A stretch of 64,000 nucleotides of DNA from the IMG/VR virus record IMGVR_UViG_3300045988_129927, one strand, 5' to 3'. The notes under the pieces were generated by a model, which saw nothing but the letters and a program-made list of their open reading frames with translations, searched no databases and was not told the origin of the DNA. Below, in pieces: positions 1-9,967 of the stretch. Numbering within the stretch: position 1 is the first letter of the stretch; each line of letters opens with the position of its first letter. Made by a program: the position numbers and the translations under genes. The DNA is from a virus.

Positions 1-204
1 TGGATGGAAGAATACGAAATTCATGACATCAGGTGAAGTCATGTTTTCACGTGTAGGCAATACTAAGTATCGAGTTTCACCTTCAATTTCCATAGACACT
101 GGGTGTGCTTTACCAAATTTCTTACGAACACGACCATTTTCATCTACAACATAGCCACAAGTTGTCAAAAGTGCGTCGTAGACATCTAACATATTAAGTT
201 TCAT
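1..204 (-). CDS. hypothetical protein, N-terminal part only (gene runs off the window start)
   Basis: ATG at 204 preceded by AAAGGAAT Shine-Dalgarno typical of this genome; 68 codons (MKLNMLDVYDALLTTCGY...) stay open to position 1. Absent from the ORF track because it is truncated. Confidence 0.5.
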   Translation of the reverse strand, partial: MKLNMLDVYDALLTTCGYVVDENGRVRKKFGKAHPVSMEIEGETRYLVLPTRENMTSPDVMNFVFFHP

Positions 205-224
205 TTGAATTCCTTTTATAGAAA

Positions 225-248
225 AAGAGGTAGTGTTAGCTACCTCTT
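225..248 (-). terminator. stem-loop terminator downstream of CDS 254..1828
   Basis: aagaggtag / ctacctctt, 9-bp stem with 6-nt loop, 5 nt after the stop codon. Confidence 0.5.
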
Positions 249-253
249 ACAGA

Positions 254-1828
254 TTAATAGACATTACCTGGGTTATGTCCGCTTTGCATATGGTCAAACA
301 CATCACCCATACCACCAGTATAACCAGTGATACCACTAGAACTGATTACTGTTTCTTCAACCAAATCCATTACCGCACCAATATCACGTGAATTGTTACG
401 ATAGGTTTTAGTATTAGTGGTAATCATTGGGGAAAGTGCAGAGTCTGCGAATGAAGGGAAGATGTAGATTTCTTCTGGTTTACCTTCAAACGAGATGGTG
501 ATACTAATATCGGCATTCATTTCAGCAGATACATGAATAGAATAACCAAGTTCACCACCTTGAGATAACACCATACCCAACTCTTCACCAATGATATTCT
601 CAAGAGAACCAATGATGTTATTGAAGTTGATGTTTTCTACAAAGCCTGCAATATTAGAAATCATTGTAGAATTTGATGTAGCACCAAATCCACCATGTAC
701 CACCATGTTTGTTGATGAGAATTCCAACATACGCAACGAATAGTTCAACATCAGTGTGGTTACCATATTAGAAGCAACCAATGCCATTTGGGTTTCCAAT
801 GTCGGCGCATCCCAAGGGGCACTGTATTCTGTAGTATGATAACCACCATCGAATACATCAGTTTTCTCGTCGATATGTGGATCAATCGCTTGCAACCATT
901 TGTAATCAAATGTAGAGCTAGAACCACCCATAGTGGAAATAGAAGTCAGAATCTTGGTTTGTGTAATGCTAGGGTCAGCACACGCACCACGTGCTTGGTT
1001 ATACACATCATCAGAACTATACGAACCTGAATTAGCAAATAACTTTGCTTGGTCTGTATAAGATTCAATGATTTTTGAAGTCAATGCTGTAGGTGAATTA
1101 AACTTACGATAAGACAGTGTAGGATAATTACTTACTGATTTATAGTCACTGCGAATGGTCGTTACACCACTGTTATCAGGAACATCAGTAATACCGTCTA
1201 CTGAATTAATCTTACCTGATTGAATCAAATTCATTGGCGTCATTTTCAACGCATTTTGACTATTGTAAGTTCCAGCACCTAAACCACCACCAAATACAGC
1301 AAATGAATCTTTAATGACTGGGACAGCAAGGTTATTCAAATAACGTGTACCGATGGTTGATACAGAGTTAATGTAAAACGTAGTATCTGGTGCAATGATG
1401 ACATCTTCAGTATTTTGCACATAGCGATTAGTGTGCGCTACGTCAAATCGGTCAGTATAACCTGTAACCAATTCTGTTGTTTCGATATTACCAGATGTTG
1501 TACGGATTTGCATCATGAACACAAAACGATCTTCATTCCAACCAAATGGAATAGATACTGAATTAGGTACTACATTGTCTGCAAACGCCAGTGTTTCTGG
1601 ACGAGATGAAGGCAAGATAAAGTTAGCGGTTGTTTTGGCAATCACTGAACCTGGAATCTTGCCGTTAAAATCACGAATCATGTTACCAATTTCTGCAGCA
1701 GCCACACCTGTCATTGTAGTGACATTAGGACGCAGAAACTGGTCTTGATACCCTGCTACCTTAATAAGATTAAGATAGTCTACAATTATTGGTGAATTAC
1801 GGTGTGAACCAATAAACGTATTAGCCAT
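254..1828 (-). CDS. hypothetical protein (524 aa)
   Basis: Long ORF with ATG start and an SD-like GGAG upstream. Higher G+C than the intergenic DNA creates antisense shadow ORFs. No motif recognised. Confidence 0.8.
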   Translation of the reverse strand: MANTFIGSHRNSPIIVDYLNLIKVAGYQDQFLRPNVTTMTGVAAAEIGNMIRDFNGKIPGSVIAKTTANFILPSSRPETLAFADNVVPNSVSIPFGWNEDRFVFMMQIRTTSGNIETTELVTGYTDRFDVAHTNRYVQNTEDVIIAPDTTFYINSVSTIGTRYLNNLAVPVIKDSFAVFGGGLGAGTYNSQNALKMTPMNLIQSGKINSVDGITDVPDNSGVTTIRSDYKSVSNYPTLSYRKFNSPTALTSKIIESYTDQAKLFANSGSYSSDDVYNQARGACADPSITQTKILTSISTMGGSSSTFDYKWLQAIDPHIDEKTDVFDGGYHTTEYSAPWDAPTLETQMALVASNMVTTLMLNYSLRMLEFSSTNMVVHGGFGATSNSTMISNIAGFVENINFNNIIGSLENIIGEELGMVLSQGGELGYSIHVSAEMNADISITISFEGKPEEIYIFPSFADSALSPMITTNTKTYRNNSRDIGAVMDLVEETVISSSGITGYTGGMGDVFDHMQSGHNPGNVY

Positions 1829-1849
1829 TTTGAAACTCCATTATATAAA

Positions 1850-3451
1850 TTAATTAAATTCGTCTTGAACAAACTCTTGTTCAGACTCTACTACCAACAT
1901 CAATTCACCGATTTTATTACGAATGTCAGAAGGTAGAATCAAGCGTTTATCACGTGTGACTAAATTGGATTCTTCTAACCATTTTTCTGGCAATGTCAAT
2001 AACCAATTATATTCAAACAATCCTTTATGGATTAATTCAATACAACCAATATACGACATATTGCGTTTTTCTGATTTAGTAATCCCACCTAAATCATAGG
2101 TTTTTGCCAGGCGTTCAGATAAACCTGCTTCCAGATTTTTACGATAACTTGGTTGAACAAATGTAGAATCACGATTGGGTTGTAAAGCAATCGCTGAAAT
2201 CACTGCTGCAAATTCATGAAATCCTTTATGCCAAAGAATAGCACGAACCAAACCAATTAAGTTAATCAACTCATTTAATTCCAAATGGTCGAAAATCACT
2301 GTATTAACAGAACGATGTACTATCCATTTGGTAATGGTTAATTGTACATCTTGAATTGGTTTCATGTACTGTCTATCTTCTGACAAGTAGCTATAGTTGG
2401 TATTCATTTGCATGATATTATCCATGGATTCCAAGTATAAATCTTCAGGCAAATCTGGACACAATGATTGAATCAAACGTTGATGGTCTGAAATAGCTAA
2501 CTTCAAGAACATCTTTTCATCAGCCAATAAACGTGAACGAACAAAGCCAACATCTAATACAGACTGTGAGTTAGATTCATTACCTTTCTTATCTTCTACA
2601 GGATTCTTCTTCATTTGGATTTGAGTAGAATCAGCACCATAAGATTTTGAAGCCTGTTTGATTTTATTAGACAAGAAGAAATAAGTTTGTGCAATCAAAT
2701 GATACGAATCATCATTACCTGAAATATCACCTTGAGCAATCTTCTTCAAGATAATAACAGAATACAGGTAATTATAGAAATCGTCTTCTGATAAACCAGA
2801 TACCAATACAGCATTAGTCTCTAACTTCAGTTTAGTATTTGCAATAAACTCACGTAAGCGATTCTCGGCTGTACAGATATAGTTCTTCTCTGGATTAGAT
2901 ACCATGCATGTATCGTATAAGATTTCCATCGAATACACTTCTTTAGCATCTTTACCAAATTCACTATTTAATCGATTATGTATATCACCCCAAATAGGAG
3001 CGACAAATCGTAATGCGAGTGAGTATGTTACCAAATCTAAATAGTCTTGATAGACATAAGTCGTTTGTGGGTCGTAGTTAGTTTCCTTTTTATTGGAAAC
3101 ATACACTGGCGTATTAGGGAGGGTAATCCAGTGTTTCATTTCATCTAGATTCACTTTAGCGTAAATCTTAATAAAATGTTTATTCAATACTCCAATCAAA
3201 CGATTAACATCATTGATTTCAAGAATAGATTTTTTGATATCTTTATAGATTTCAAAAATTTCTTTGTGCCATTGTGCTGGCTTGGTCTTTAACCATTCAT
3301 TAAATTCTAAGAATGGAGAAGCTGCTGCCATGACATCATGGTTATCTCGACCTTTCTTATAATAGGTCATTGAGAATGACACAGACTCATTCTGATAACA
3401 GACGAGTACATTGGCCTTTGTACTGTCCATTTCAAAAGTTATGTAGTTCAT
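1850..3451 (-). CDS. hypothetical protein (533 aa)
   Basis: Long ORF; AAAAGGAAATCAAAATG start context; tightly spaced with the downstream gene. Confidence 0.8.
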   Translation of the reverse strand: MNYITFEMDSTKANVLVCYQNESVSFSMTYYKKGRDNHDVMAAASPFLEFNEWLKTKPAQWHKEIFEIYKDIKKSILEINDVNRLIGVLNKHFIKIYAKVNLDEMKHWITLPNTPVYVSNKKETNYDPQTTYVYQDYLDLVTYSLALRFVAPIWGDIHNRLNSEFGKDAKEVYSMEILYDTCMVSNPEKNYICTAENRLREFIANTKLKLETNAVLVSGLSEDDFYNYLYSVIILKKIAQGDISGNDDSYHLIAQTYFFLSNKIKQASKSYGADSTQIQMKKNPVEDKKGNESNSQSVLDVGFVRSRLLADEKMFLKLAISDHQRLIQSLCPDLPEDLYLESMDNIMQMNTNYSYLSEDRQYMKPIQDVQLTITKWIVHRSVNTVIFDHLELNELINLIGLVRAILWHKGFHEFAAVISAIALQPNRDSTFVQPSYRKNLEAGLSERLAKTYDLGGITKSEKRNMSYIGCIELIHKGLFEYNWLLTLPEKWLEESNLVTRDKRLILPSDIRNKIGELMLVVESEQEFVQDEFN

Positions 3452-3537
3452 TTTGATTTCCTTTTAATTAAAAGAAGTGGAATATTATCACTAACATCCA
3501 CCATTATAATATTATATACTAGAAATAATATATAATA

Positions 3538-3565
3538 CTAGAGACTCTTAGGAAAGAGTCTCTAG
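3538..3565 (-). terminator. stem-loop terminator
   Basis: ctagagactctt / aagagtctctag, perfect 12-bp stem with 4-nt loop, downstream of CDS 3583..4302. Confidence 0.6.
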
Positions 3566-3582
3566 TTTAGCTTTTAAATTAA

Positions 3583-4302
3583 TTAAGGCAGGAAGTCATC
3601 TTCAAAATCATCGAAATTATTATTACCACCACTATTAGAATTAGATTGACTATTGTTACCACCAGATTGATAGCTACGATTACCATTTGATTGGTTACTG
3701 TCTTTCTTAACGTCTGGGTCTACGAACTCTTGAACCAAAGTAGAAACAATCAGTTTCTTCATGGTTTCTACCCAAGAGAGCATATAGCAACGAGATTTCC
3801 AGCCAGCGTCAGCAGGTTCACCTGTATTAACATTATAAACTTCAATATCACGTTCAAATGTCAGAGGGAACATTACTTTGCCATGATAACCATCAAATGC
3901 TGTGAAGTAGTAAATACCTTTGTCAGTACGACCTACTTGAATAGTACCAATTTGTTTGCGTTCTGCTTTTTGCATTTCACGGGTTTTAATATAACCGTAA
4001 ACAGGACATTGTACTGTTTTCTTTTCACCATCATCTTGATGAAGTGCTAAGTCACGAAGAATATCCAAGATAGCTAAGAAAGAAGGGATTTGACCGTCTT
4101 TAAATTCCATACGGATATTTGGTTGACGTTTTGCTTTATCTTCAGTCAAACCAGTACCGATGTTCAGACGCAGTTTATTGCCAGAAACATACATTTTGCA
4201 ATAAGCTACACTTTTCTCTTCATTACGGCCCCAAAGAGTAGTCAGGTTAACGCTGGTAATATTAGGGCGATACATTGGGTTAAATTGTTGCTTTTCAGCC
4301 AT
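3583..4302 (-). CDS. hypothetical protein with SSB-like Asn/Ser/Gly linker and acidic C-terminal tip (candidate ssDNA-binding protein)
   Basis: 239-aa ORF with a good SD. The C-terminus ...SNSNSGGNNNFDDFEDDFLP resembles the disordered linker plus acidic tip (DFDDDIPF type) of bacterial and phage SSBs. It sits in a replication-gene neighbourhood. Confidence 0.45.
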   Translation of the reverse strand: MAEKQQFNPMYRPNITSVNLTTLWGRNEEKSVAYCKMYVSGNKLRLNIGTGLTEDKAKRQPNIRMEFKDGQIPSFLAILDILRDLALHQDDGEKKTVQCPVYGYIKTREMQKAERKQIGTIQVGRTDKGIYYFTAFDGYHGKVMFPLTFERDIEVYNVNTGEPADAGWKSRCYMLSWVETMKKLIVSTLVQEFVDPDVKKDSNQSNGNRSYQSGGNNSQSNSNSGGNNNFDDFEDDFLP

Positions 4303-4366
4303 TTTCTTTTTCCTTTAAACTAAGGTTTAAATAATTGTATTCATGAATAAGTAAGTGATAAAACTA

Positions 4367-5230
4367 TTAACAGTAATCGTTTTTAATACAAGCTAATAGT
4401 CTCATTCTTAACTGATGGTCTTTAATATCAGAAATATTGTGTCTAATCTTATCCGTAGTAGTAATACTAGACCAATGATAGTCTTTAGCCATTCTGATAA
4501 TTTCTTTTTTAAACTTAGGTACTTTGGTTCTAAATAATGTACCGTCACCTAATAAAGTTAATAAGTCTAACCTAAATGGTAACTCAGGTAAATCTTTACC
4601 ATTGTAATATTTCGTATACCATAACTCTCTACCTTTGGCTTTACCTGTGTGGGTTTCGAGTAAAGTTAAATTCTTAAACTTTCTAAAAGACAATAAATCA
4701 AAAGCATAATGAGTAATCATTAGTGTATTTTGATTTTCTATATCTTCTATAAAATTATCATATATTCGTATTCTATTCGGATTGGTTAACTCTTTTGACT
4801 TATTAAACTCTGGTAAAACAATCTTTAAACAGTTTGTCATTCGTTTGGTATAAGTCTGTTGTAGTGAGGTATTATCTAATCTTAATAAAGTTTCATTATT
4901 AAAATTATCTAATTTCACATAGTTAGGACAATAGAATACAGGCTCAATACCATTTGCTTCTTCACTACAGATATCTTTAATTAAATCAATCTCACTAAAC
5001 ATAGCGTCTGCAAATTGAGCATCTGATGTTCTATCAATGTTTTCTCTATGTACTGAACCGTATATATTACGGTAGAGTGTTTTAATGTTTATCCACACTC
5101 TACCATTTCCTACATACAGTGGTTTATCGTGTTTGATAATCTCACTGGTGTTTAACATAGATTCAAATGCAAGTGATGTACCAATAGATAAAGGGAGTTG
5201 TCCTCTTTCTCTTTCATTCACATAGTTCAT
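4367..5230 (-). CDS. hypothetical protein (287 aa), translationally coupled to the upstream phosphoesterase gene
   Basis: ORF starts 2 nt after the stop of 5232..6368; no motif recognised. Confidence 0.75.
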   Translation of the reverse strand: MNYVNERERGQLPLSIGTSLAFESMLNTSEIIKHDKPLYVGNGRVWINIKTLYRNIYGSVHRENIDRTSDAQFADAMFSEIDLIKDICSEEANGIEPVFYCPNYVKLDNFNNETLLRLDNTSLQQTYTKRMTNCLKIVLPEFNKSKELTNPNRIRIYDNFIEDIENQNTLMITHYAFDLLSFRKFKNLTLLETHTGKAKGRELWYTKYYNGKDLPELPFRLDLLTLLGDGTLFRTKVPKFKKEIIRMAKDYHWSSITTTDKIRHNISDIKDHQLRMRLLACIKNDYC

Positions 5231-5231
5231 T

Positions 5232-6368
5232 TCAATCTTCTTTCAGAATTTCATTTAAGTAATTTGGAATGGTTTTAATCACTTGTGGTGAATATCCTTT
5301 TTGTTCAGCTTTTAAGAGAATCAACTCTTCGATATTATCAGGATTAATAACCAATGGAACATAATCATTTTCAATACTAAATACTTCTTCTTGATTAGCA
5401 ATGATAGATTTATCCGTATTGACTTTAATCGACCAATAAATATCAATGTTTTCCATTTTTAAAACCATGAATGTTTTATCTAAAGAAATAGGGTGTCCTT
5501 GTTCACATTCTATCCTGACTCTAGATAGTGGTGACAATGATTCCACATTTCTTTTGATTTTATCAAAGGAATCTTGTAATGAAAGCCCAGTAATATTAAT
5601 GGTCTTATAAATAGTTGCTGTTTTATTCTCAATGAATTTTGCTTTAAATTCACCTGATGGTTGTAGAATAATTTCTATATAGCCCTTGGGCTCTTCTTCA
5701 CCATGTGTTAATCTAGAAAAACTACCTGGGGCAATAATCTTACCCTTAGAGGAATGTTTGTGGATATGACCAATAATAATTGGACCTTTTACGATATTCT
5801 CGTAATCTTCCTCATTGTGTTTGTGGTCTGGAGCTAATTCTGGTAATTGATATTGAAAACAACCATGCATAATTGCAAAGTCTACTTGTTCAATATTGTG
5901 TTGTTTTAATTTCTCTTGTACAATACTGAATGTTTCTTGAGGAGTTGTTCTTGGTCTATCTGGTACAAATAATACATTGACATCGTATTTAGAAATATAC
6001 ACGATATCAATGGTATCTACCAAAATAACTTCAGCATCGATCTTAGCTTCTTTGTTAATATGTAAAAACTTCTGAATCTGTCCTGCATCATGTAGCGGTG
6101 TACCATCTACAATACAAAATACAATATCATGGTCTTTACAATATCGTAACAAGTAATACATAGTGACTTCTGTATCAATAGCGTCTTGATGGTTATTGGG
6201 TAATAACTTATCATACCAGTCGCCATCTAATACCAGAATATCTGTACCTGCTGCATCTTTACCATAGGGGAAACACTCACGTATCTCTTCTGAAATTTTA
6301 ATAGTAGGCGTAGAAGAGTGTCCATTGTGGACATCACCGAATGCTTTAATTTTAAGTGGTCTTAACAT
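5232..6368 (-). CDS. calcineurin-like metallophosphoesterase, Mre11/SbcD-type nuclease candidate
   Basis: Ordered phosphoesterase motifs: GDVHNG (DxH), LDGDWYD (GDxxD), DGTPLHD, AIMHG and IGHIHKH (GHxH). Confidence 0.7.
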   Translation of the reverse strand: MLRPLKIKAFGDVHNGHSSTPTIKISEEIRECFPYGKDAAGTDILVLDGDWYDKLLPNNHQDAIDTEVTMYYLLRYCKDHDIVFCIVDGTPLHDAGQIQKFLHINKEAKIDAEVILVDTIDIVYISKYDVNVLFVPDRPRTTPQETFSIVQEKLKQHNIEQVDFAIMHGCFQYQLPELAPDHKHNEEDYENIVKGPIIIGHIHKHSSKGKIIAPGSFSRLTHGEEEPKGYIEIILQPSGEFKAKFIENKTATIYKTINITGLSLQDSFDKIKRNVESLSPLSRVRIECEQGHPISLDKTFMVLKMENIDIYWSIKVNTDKSIIANQEEVFSIENDYVPLVINPDNIEELILLKAEQKGYSPQVIKTIPNYLNEILKED

Positions 6369-6406
6369 TGGACACTTCCTTTTAAACTAATATTCAGAAA
6401 TGGTTT

Positions 6407-7051
6407 TTAGTAAGAAATAAATGGATTAGATTCACCATTTACCACATCATCTTCACTATTAGTTTGTTTCTCGTTGGTTTCACCTGTAGGTTTAAATAAG
6501 CCCATTTTCACAAAGAATGCATTCCATTTTGCTCGATGTGCGTCAATGACATTTTCATCAAATCTCTCTAACATACTTTCGTATAAATCTGTACGAGATT
6601 TACGTGAGATAGTTCGATAATTATCACCTGTATTATTAATGATTTCAAACTTACGACCTAATGAAGTAGTATTATCATCAATCTCTTCTACTTCTTCGTT
6701 TAACAATACATAACTGTTATTAGGATACATAGACGGTACAGTAGCAACAATGTTTCCGTTTTTATCTACTAAGTCTACTTCATTAAACGGACCACCGGCA
6801 AAGTCTAACCAGTCTTCAATACTGTATCGGTCTTCGTCAGTAACATAACCACAATGCATGGGTAAGAAGTTATCAATGTATTCTAAAACATTAATGATAG
6901 AACGAGATTCGTTTTTAAGTTTTGCTTCATTGTTTAATGCATCGACTACTGGTTTAACGCTGTTTACCATAATAGCTTGTTCATTAAACTCTTCGCCAGG
7001 ACGGACAACTGATAAGTCATTAGCTGATTCTACTAAGCTATATTCTGCCAT
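6407..7051 (-). CDS. hypothetical protein (214 aa)
   Basis: ORF with AAAGGAAATTAAAATG start context. Confidence 0.8.
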   Translation of the reverse strand: MAEYSLVESANDLSVVRPGEEFNEQAIMVNSVKPVVDALNNEAKLKNESRSIINVLEYIDNFLPMHCGYVTDEDRYSIEDWLDFAGGPFNEVDLVDKNGNIVATVPSMYPNNSYVLLNEEVEEIDDNTTSLGRKFEIINNTGDNYRTISRKSRTDLYESMLERFDENVIDAHRAKWNAFFVKMGLFKPTGETNEKQTNSEDDVVNGESNPFISY

Positions 7052-7072
7052 TTTAATTTCCTTTTTTACTAA

Positions 7073-7561
7073 TTAACGTGGATCACGGTAATCTTCCGAG
7101 ATAGAAAAACCTGTGTTGAATTTATCCAATACATAATTGAAGATACCTTCTTTATAGATTACATTCTTCTCAAAAACAACGAATTTATCGTTATCGTAAT
7201 ATTGGACATTCATTTTAATACCCACTGCATTTTCTGCTTCTAATTCGTGGATATCTTTAATTACACCATCTACTGTAGTAACATAGACTTCAACATTCAC
7301 ACTCTCTAAATACTTTCTTAAGTATTCAGTAACACTTGTTTCTAGTTGTTCCCTAAGAGTAGAAATGTCTTCTATATTATTAGCTGCAATAGATTGATAG
7401 GTGGGTATGCTACCATAGTATAATGTAGATTGAGACGCTTCAGATGTAAAAAAATAAGCTAACAATCTATCTAGTTTATTCTTTTCACCATATTGTAACC
7501 ATCCTTCTTTATCCAAAGTAGGAACCAGTTTTAATTTTGGATTATTGCTTCTAGGTTTCAT
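7073..7561 (-). CDS. hypothetical protein (162 aa)
   Basis: ORF in the same-strand gene string. Confidence 0.75.
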   Translation of the reverse strand: MKPRSNNPKLKLVPTLDKEGWLQYGEKNKLDRLLAYFFTSEASQSTLYYGSIPTYQSIAANNIEDISTLREQLETSVTEYLRKYLESVNVEVYVTTVDGVIKDIHELEAENAVGIKMNVQYYDNDKFVVFEKNVIYKEGIFNYVLDKFNTGFSISEDYRDPR

Positions 7562-7594
7562 GATTTACCCTAAAAAATAAAAGTTATAGGAAGG

Positions 7595-7622
7595 CTACTA
7601 CCACTAGTAATAGTGGTAGTAG
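7595..7622 (-). terminator. stem-loop terminator
   Basis: ctactaccacta / tagtggtagtag, perfect 12-bp stem with 4-nt loop, downstream of CDS 7636..8268. Confidence 0.6.
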
Positions 7623-7635
7623 TCTGTATCAGATA

Positions 7636-8268
7636 TTAAAGGTATGCACCATGTAAACTAGATGGATCTTCTTCACCCTCTGAAATCATGCCATAGAATC
7701 TATTCCAGTTATTACGCACCATAACTTTCTGATTCATTAAGAGTTCAGGAAGTTCATCTAATGCGTCATTGGAATAAATGACAAATTTCTCATCGTGTTC
7801 TTCACCATCGTAATGCTCATCAGCATACTGAACCATACCATCCACCACTTGTTGATAATATGGATTGTTTTCACCTGTGAGTTTAGGGAATCTGTCTTCT
7901 TCAAATCCCCAACCTTCGATACGTCCACTACTATATTCTTTCTGGAAGTAAGGATTAGAGAGAATGTATCGTTGGTTATTACGAGATGCCACCCTAAAGT
8001 CATCAATGCTAAACATTTGGCGGATACCATCATCGAATACACCACCACTATAACGCATATTGTTTTGAGCAATATTGATAGAACGAATAGCACTGTCGTT
8101 AAATCTTTGCTGTAGTTTATCTTGAAACCACGCCGCCCCTTCACCGTATAGGTTAGTAATGTTATCAATTCTATTTTGAATAAAATTGACTGTATCCATG
8201 TTCATGGTACCGTACATATGTACACGAGCTGTATCTCTACCGCCCAAGTGTAATCTAGCCATACTCAT
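7636..8268 (-). CDS. hypothetical protein (210 aa)
   Basis: ORF 8 nt downstream of the RNAP beta-prime fragment gene. Confidence 0.8.
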   Translation of the reverse strand: MSMARLHLGGRDTARVHMYGTMNMDTVNFIQNRIDNITNLYGEGAAWFQDKLQQRFNDSAIRSINIAQNNMRYSGGVFDDGIRQMFSIDDFRVASRNNQRYILSNPYFQKEYSSGRIEGWGFEEDRFPKLTGENNPYYQQVVDGMVQYADEHYDGEEHDEKFVIYSNDALDELPELLMNQKVMVRNNWNRFYGMISEGEEDPSSLHGAYL

Positions 8269-8276
8269 TCCTTTCT

Positions 8277-9812
8277 TTATGCTACAAATCTAGACATAAA
8301 GTCAGCTTGTGCTTTGGTTGGTTGTTGCTCATCGTGTAGCAATAACGTATTCGCTAAAGCCATTGCTGTTTGTTTAGAAATGGAAGTCACACCGTCTGCT
8401 TCGTAAACATTGATTAAATCACCTACTGAATACTTAGCGTCAAATGGTTCAAATGCTTTTGACATACGTTTATCCAGTACAGCTAAGAAAGTTTCTTGGT
8501 CACCATCAAAGTCACCATTATACCATGCTGCAATTTTACCAGAGGTTGAAGCAGACATATCACGCACATCTGTCTTAACACCTACTACTGGAGGAATACG
8601 TAATCGTACAATCGAACCATGTTTCAACGATGGGTTGCGGTTAATGATAATAGTAATGCCTACATTACCTTCGGAGTCTGTAGATTCACTAATCAACTCT
8701 AACATGATTTCATGTATCTTAGGGTGATAAACCTTTTGATACTTAGTCATGATTTCATTTACTCTAGCTGAAGATAAACCATACTTGTGGTATAGTTTGG
8801 CACGAATTTGTGGAGCAAACATACCCATAAACCCAATCCATGGTAAACGCACTTCTGAATAGTGGTGTGGGCCATTGATGGCAGTTACTACAAAACGACC
8901 TGTAAAGTTAGAACGTGTAGCAATAACGTGTTTACGGATTTCACCTGGTTTAGAACCCAAGAACTTAGGGTTAATTTCCATAGATTGATATTCACTAAAA
9001 TAGCTCAAGAACTTAGAAGCTCTGGCTAATTTGGTTTTAGTAGAAATACCACCACGGACATTATCCTCATTGTCAATACCTACCATTAAACGAATAGCTC
9101 GCAATAGTTTTGGTGTACTTGGGTCAATCCACTTTTTACCATTTGAGTTTTCAATAATGGTAACAGCTTTATTTGGGATTTGAATATATTGCTGCCAAAC
9201 AATATCTCGATTTTCTTTGAAAAGTTTTAGCAATGCTTCACCAGATACTGAAGTCGTATCGGAACTGCGTCTAAATTCTTTTTCTGTTAAAAGTAAATGA
9301 ATATAAGTATCGAAGTTATCGTAAAAGTGCTGATAATCTCGAACATTTAAACCTAATTCATCTAGTCTTTGTAACATCATCGAAATAGATTTGGTGAACT
9401 TTGTTACCTTAGGTTTATACGTAGGGTCAGTTAACCATTGCAACAAATTAAACTTATAGGTCGAACGTTCCAAATACGTTTGTAATTGAAACCACAACAT
9501 TGGATTCATCAATGCAGGAACACCAATTGGCGCACGTACCCACATTTTATTATCTAAGTCGGTAGATACGACCTCTTCTGCGACCGAATCACATTTACTA
9601 CATCGTACACCTTTGTAGATGTTCATTGAAAGTGCACCACATTGACAACTAGGGATATTGTCAAATGCTTCACCTACTTCCAACATCAATAAACTATTTA
9701 CAATCGCTTTGTCACGTATCGTGCGATTAGATAATTCATTGATGACGATTTTAGTGTGATGGGTTCTATTAAATAGCTCATCTGAGCTAATGTATTTTAA
9801 ATGTACACCCAT
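8277..9812 (-). CDS. multisubunit RNA polymerase beta-prime subunit, N-terminal fragment (phiKZ-type split RNAP; probably the non-virion enzyme)
   Basis: CQC...CSKC Zn-finger near the N-terminus; INRNPSLKHGSI (compare bacterial NRAPTLHRLGI); catalytic YNGDFDGDQE (NADFDGDQ motif). The ORF stops about 90 aa after the catalytic loop, as in split jumbo-phage RNAPs. It is adjacent to the chimallin candidate, as gp55 is to gp54 in phiKZ. Confidence 0.85.
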   Translation of the reverse strand: MGVHLKYISSDELFNRTHHTKIVINELSNRTIRDKAIVNSLLMLEVGEAFDNIPSCQCGALSMNIYKGVRCSKCDSVAEEVVSTDLDNKMWVRAPIGVPALMNPMLWFQLQTYLERSTYKFNLLQWLTDPTYKPKVTKFTKSISMMLQRLDELGLNVRDYQHFYDNFDTYIHLLLTEKEFRRSSDTTSVSGEALLKLFKENRDIVWQQYIQIPNKAVTIIENSNGKKWIDPSTPKLLRAIRLMVGIDNEDNVRGGISTKTKLARASKFLSYFSEYQSMEINPKFLGSKPGEIRKHVIATRSNFTGRFVVTAINGPHHYSEVRLPWIGFMGMFAPQIRAKLYHKYGLSSARVNEIMTKYQKVYHPKIHEIMLELISESTDSEGNVGITIIINRNPSLKHGSIVRLRIPPVVGVKTDVRDMSASTSGKIAAWYNGDFDGDQETFLAVLDKRMSKAFEPFDAKYSVGDLINVYEADGVTSISKQTAMALANTLLLHDEQQPTKAQADFMSRFVA

Positions 9813-9967
9813 TGAATTACCTCTCTTTAAATTCCTAGTTTCCTTATATAAAAGCAGTATAAACTACTCAAATATATCGAATCTTGAAAAATTATACAAA
9901 ATAAAAATAAAATACTACCGAAGGGTTTTATCCCCTCGGCAGTATCTACTTCTATTTCAGAAGGTAA

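Noticed and set aside
7758-8168. Nested ORFs (7758..8168 minus strand, 7795..8115 plus strand) inside 7636..8268
   Set aside because: They are fully contained in a longer ORF with a better start context. Their products are hydrophobic low-complexity sequence typical of off-frame AT-rich translation.
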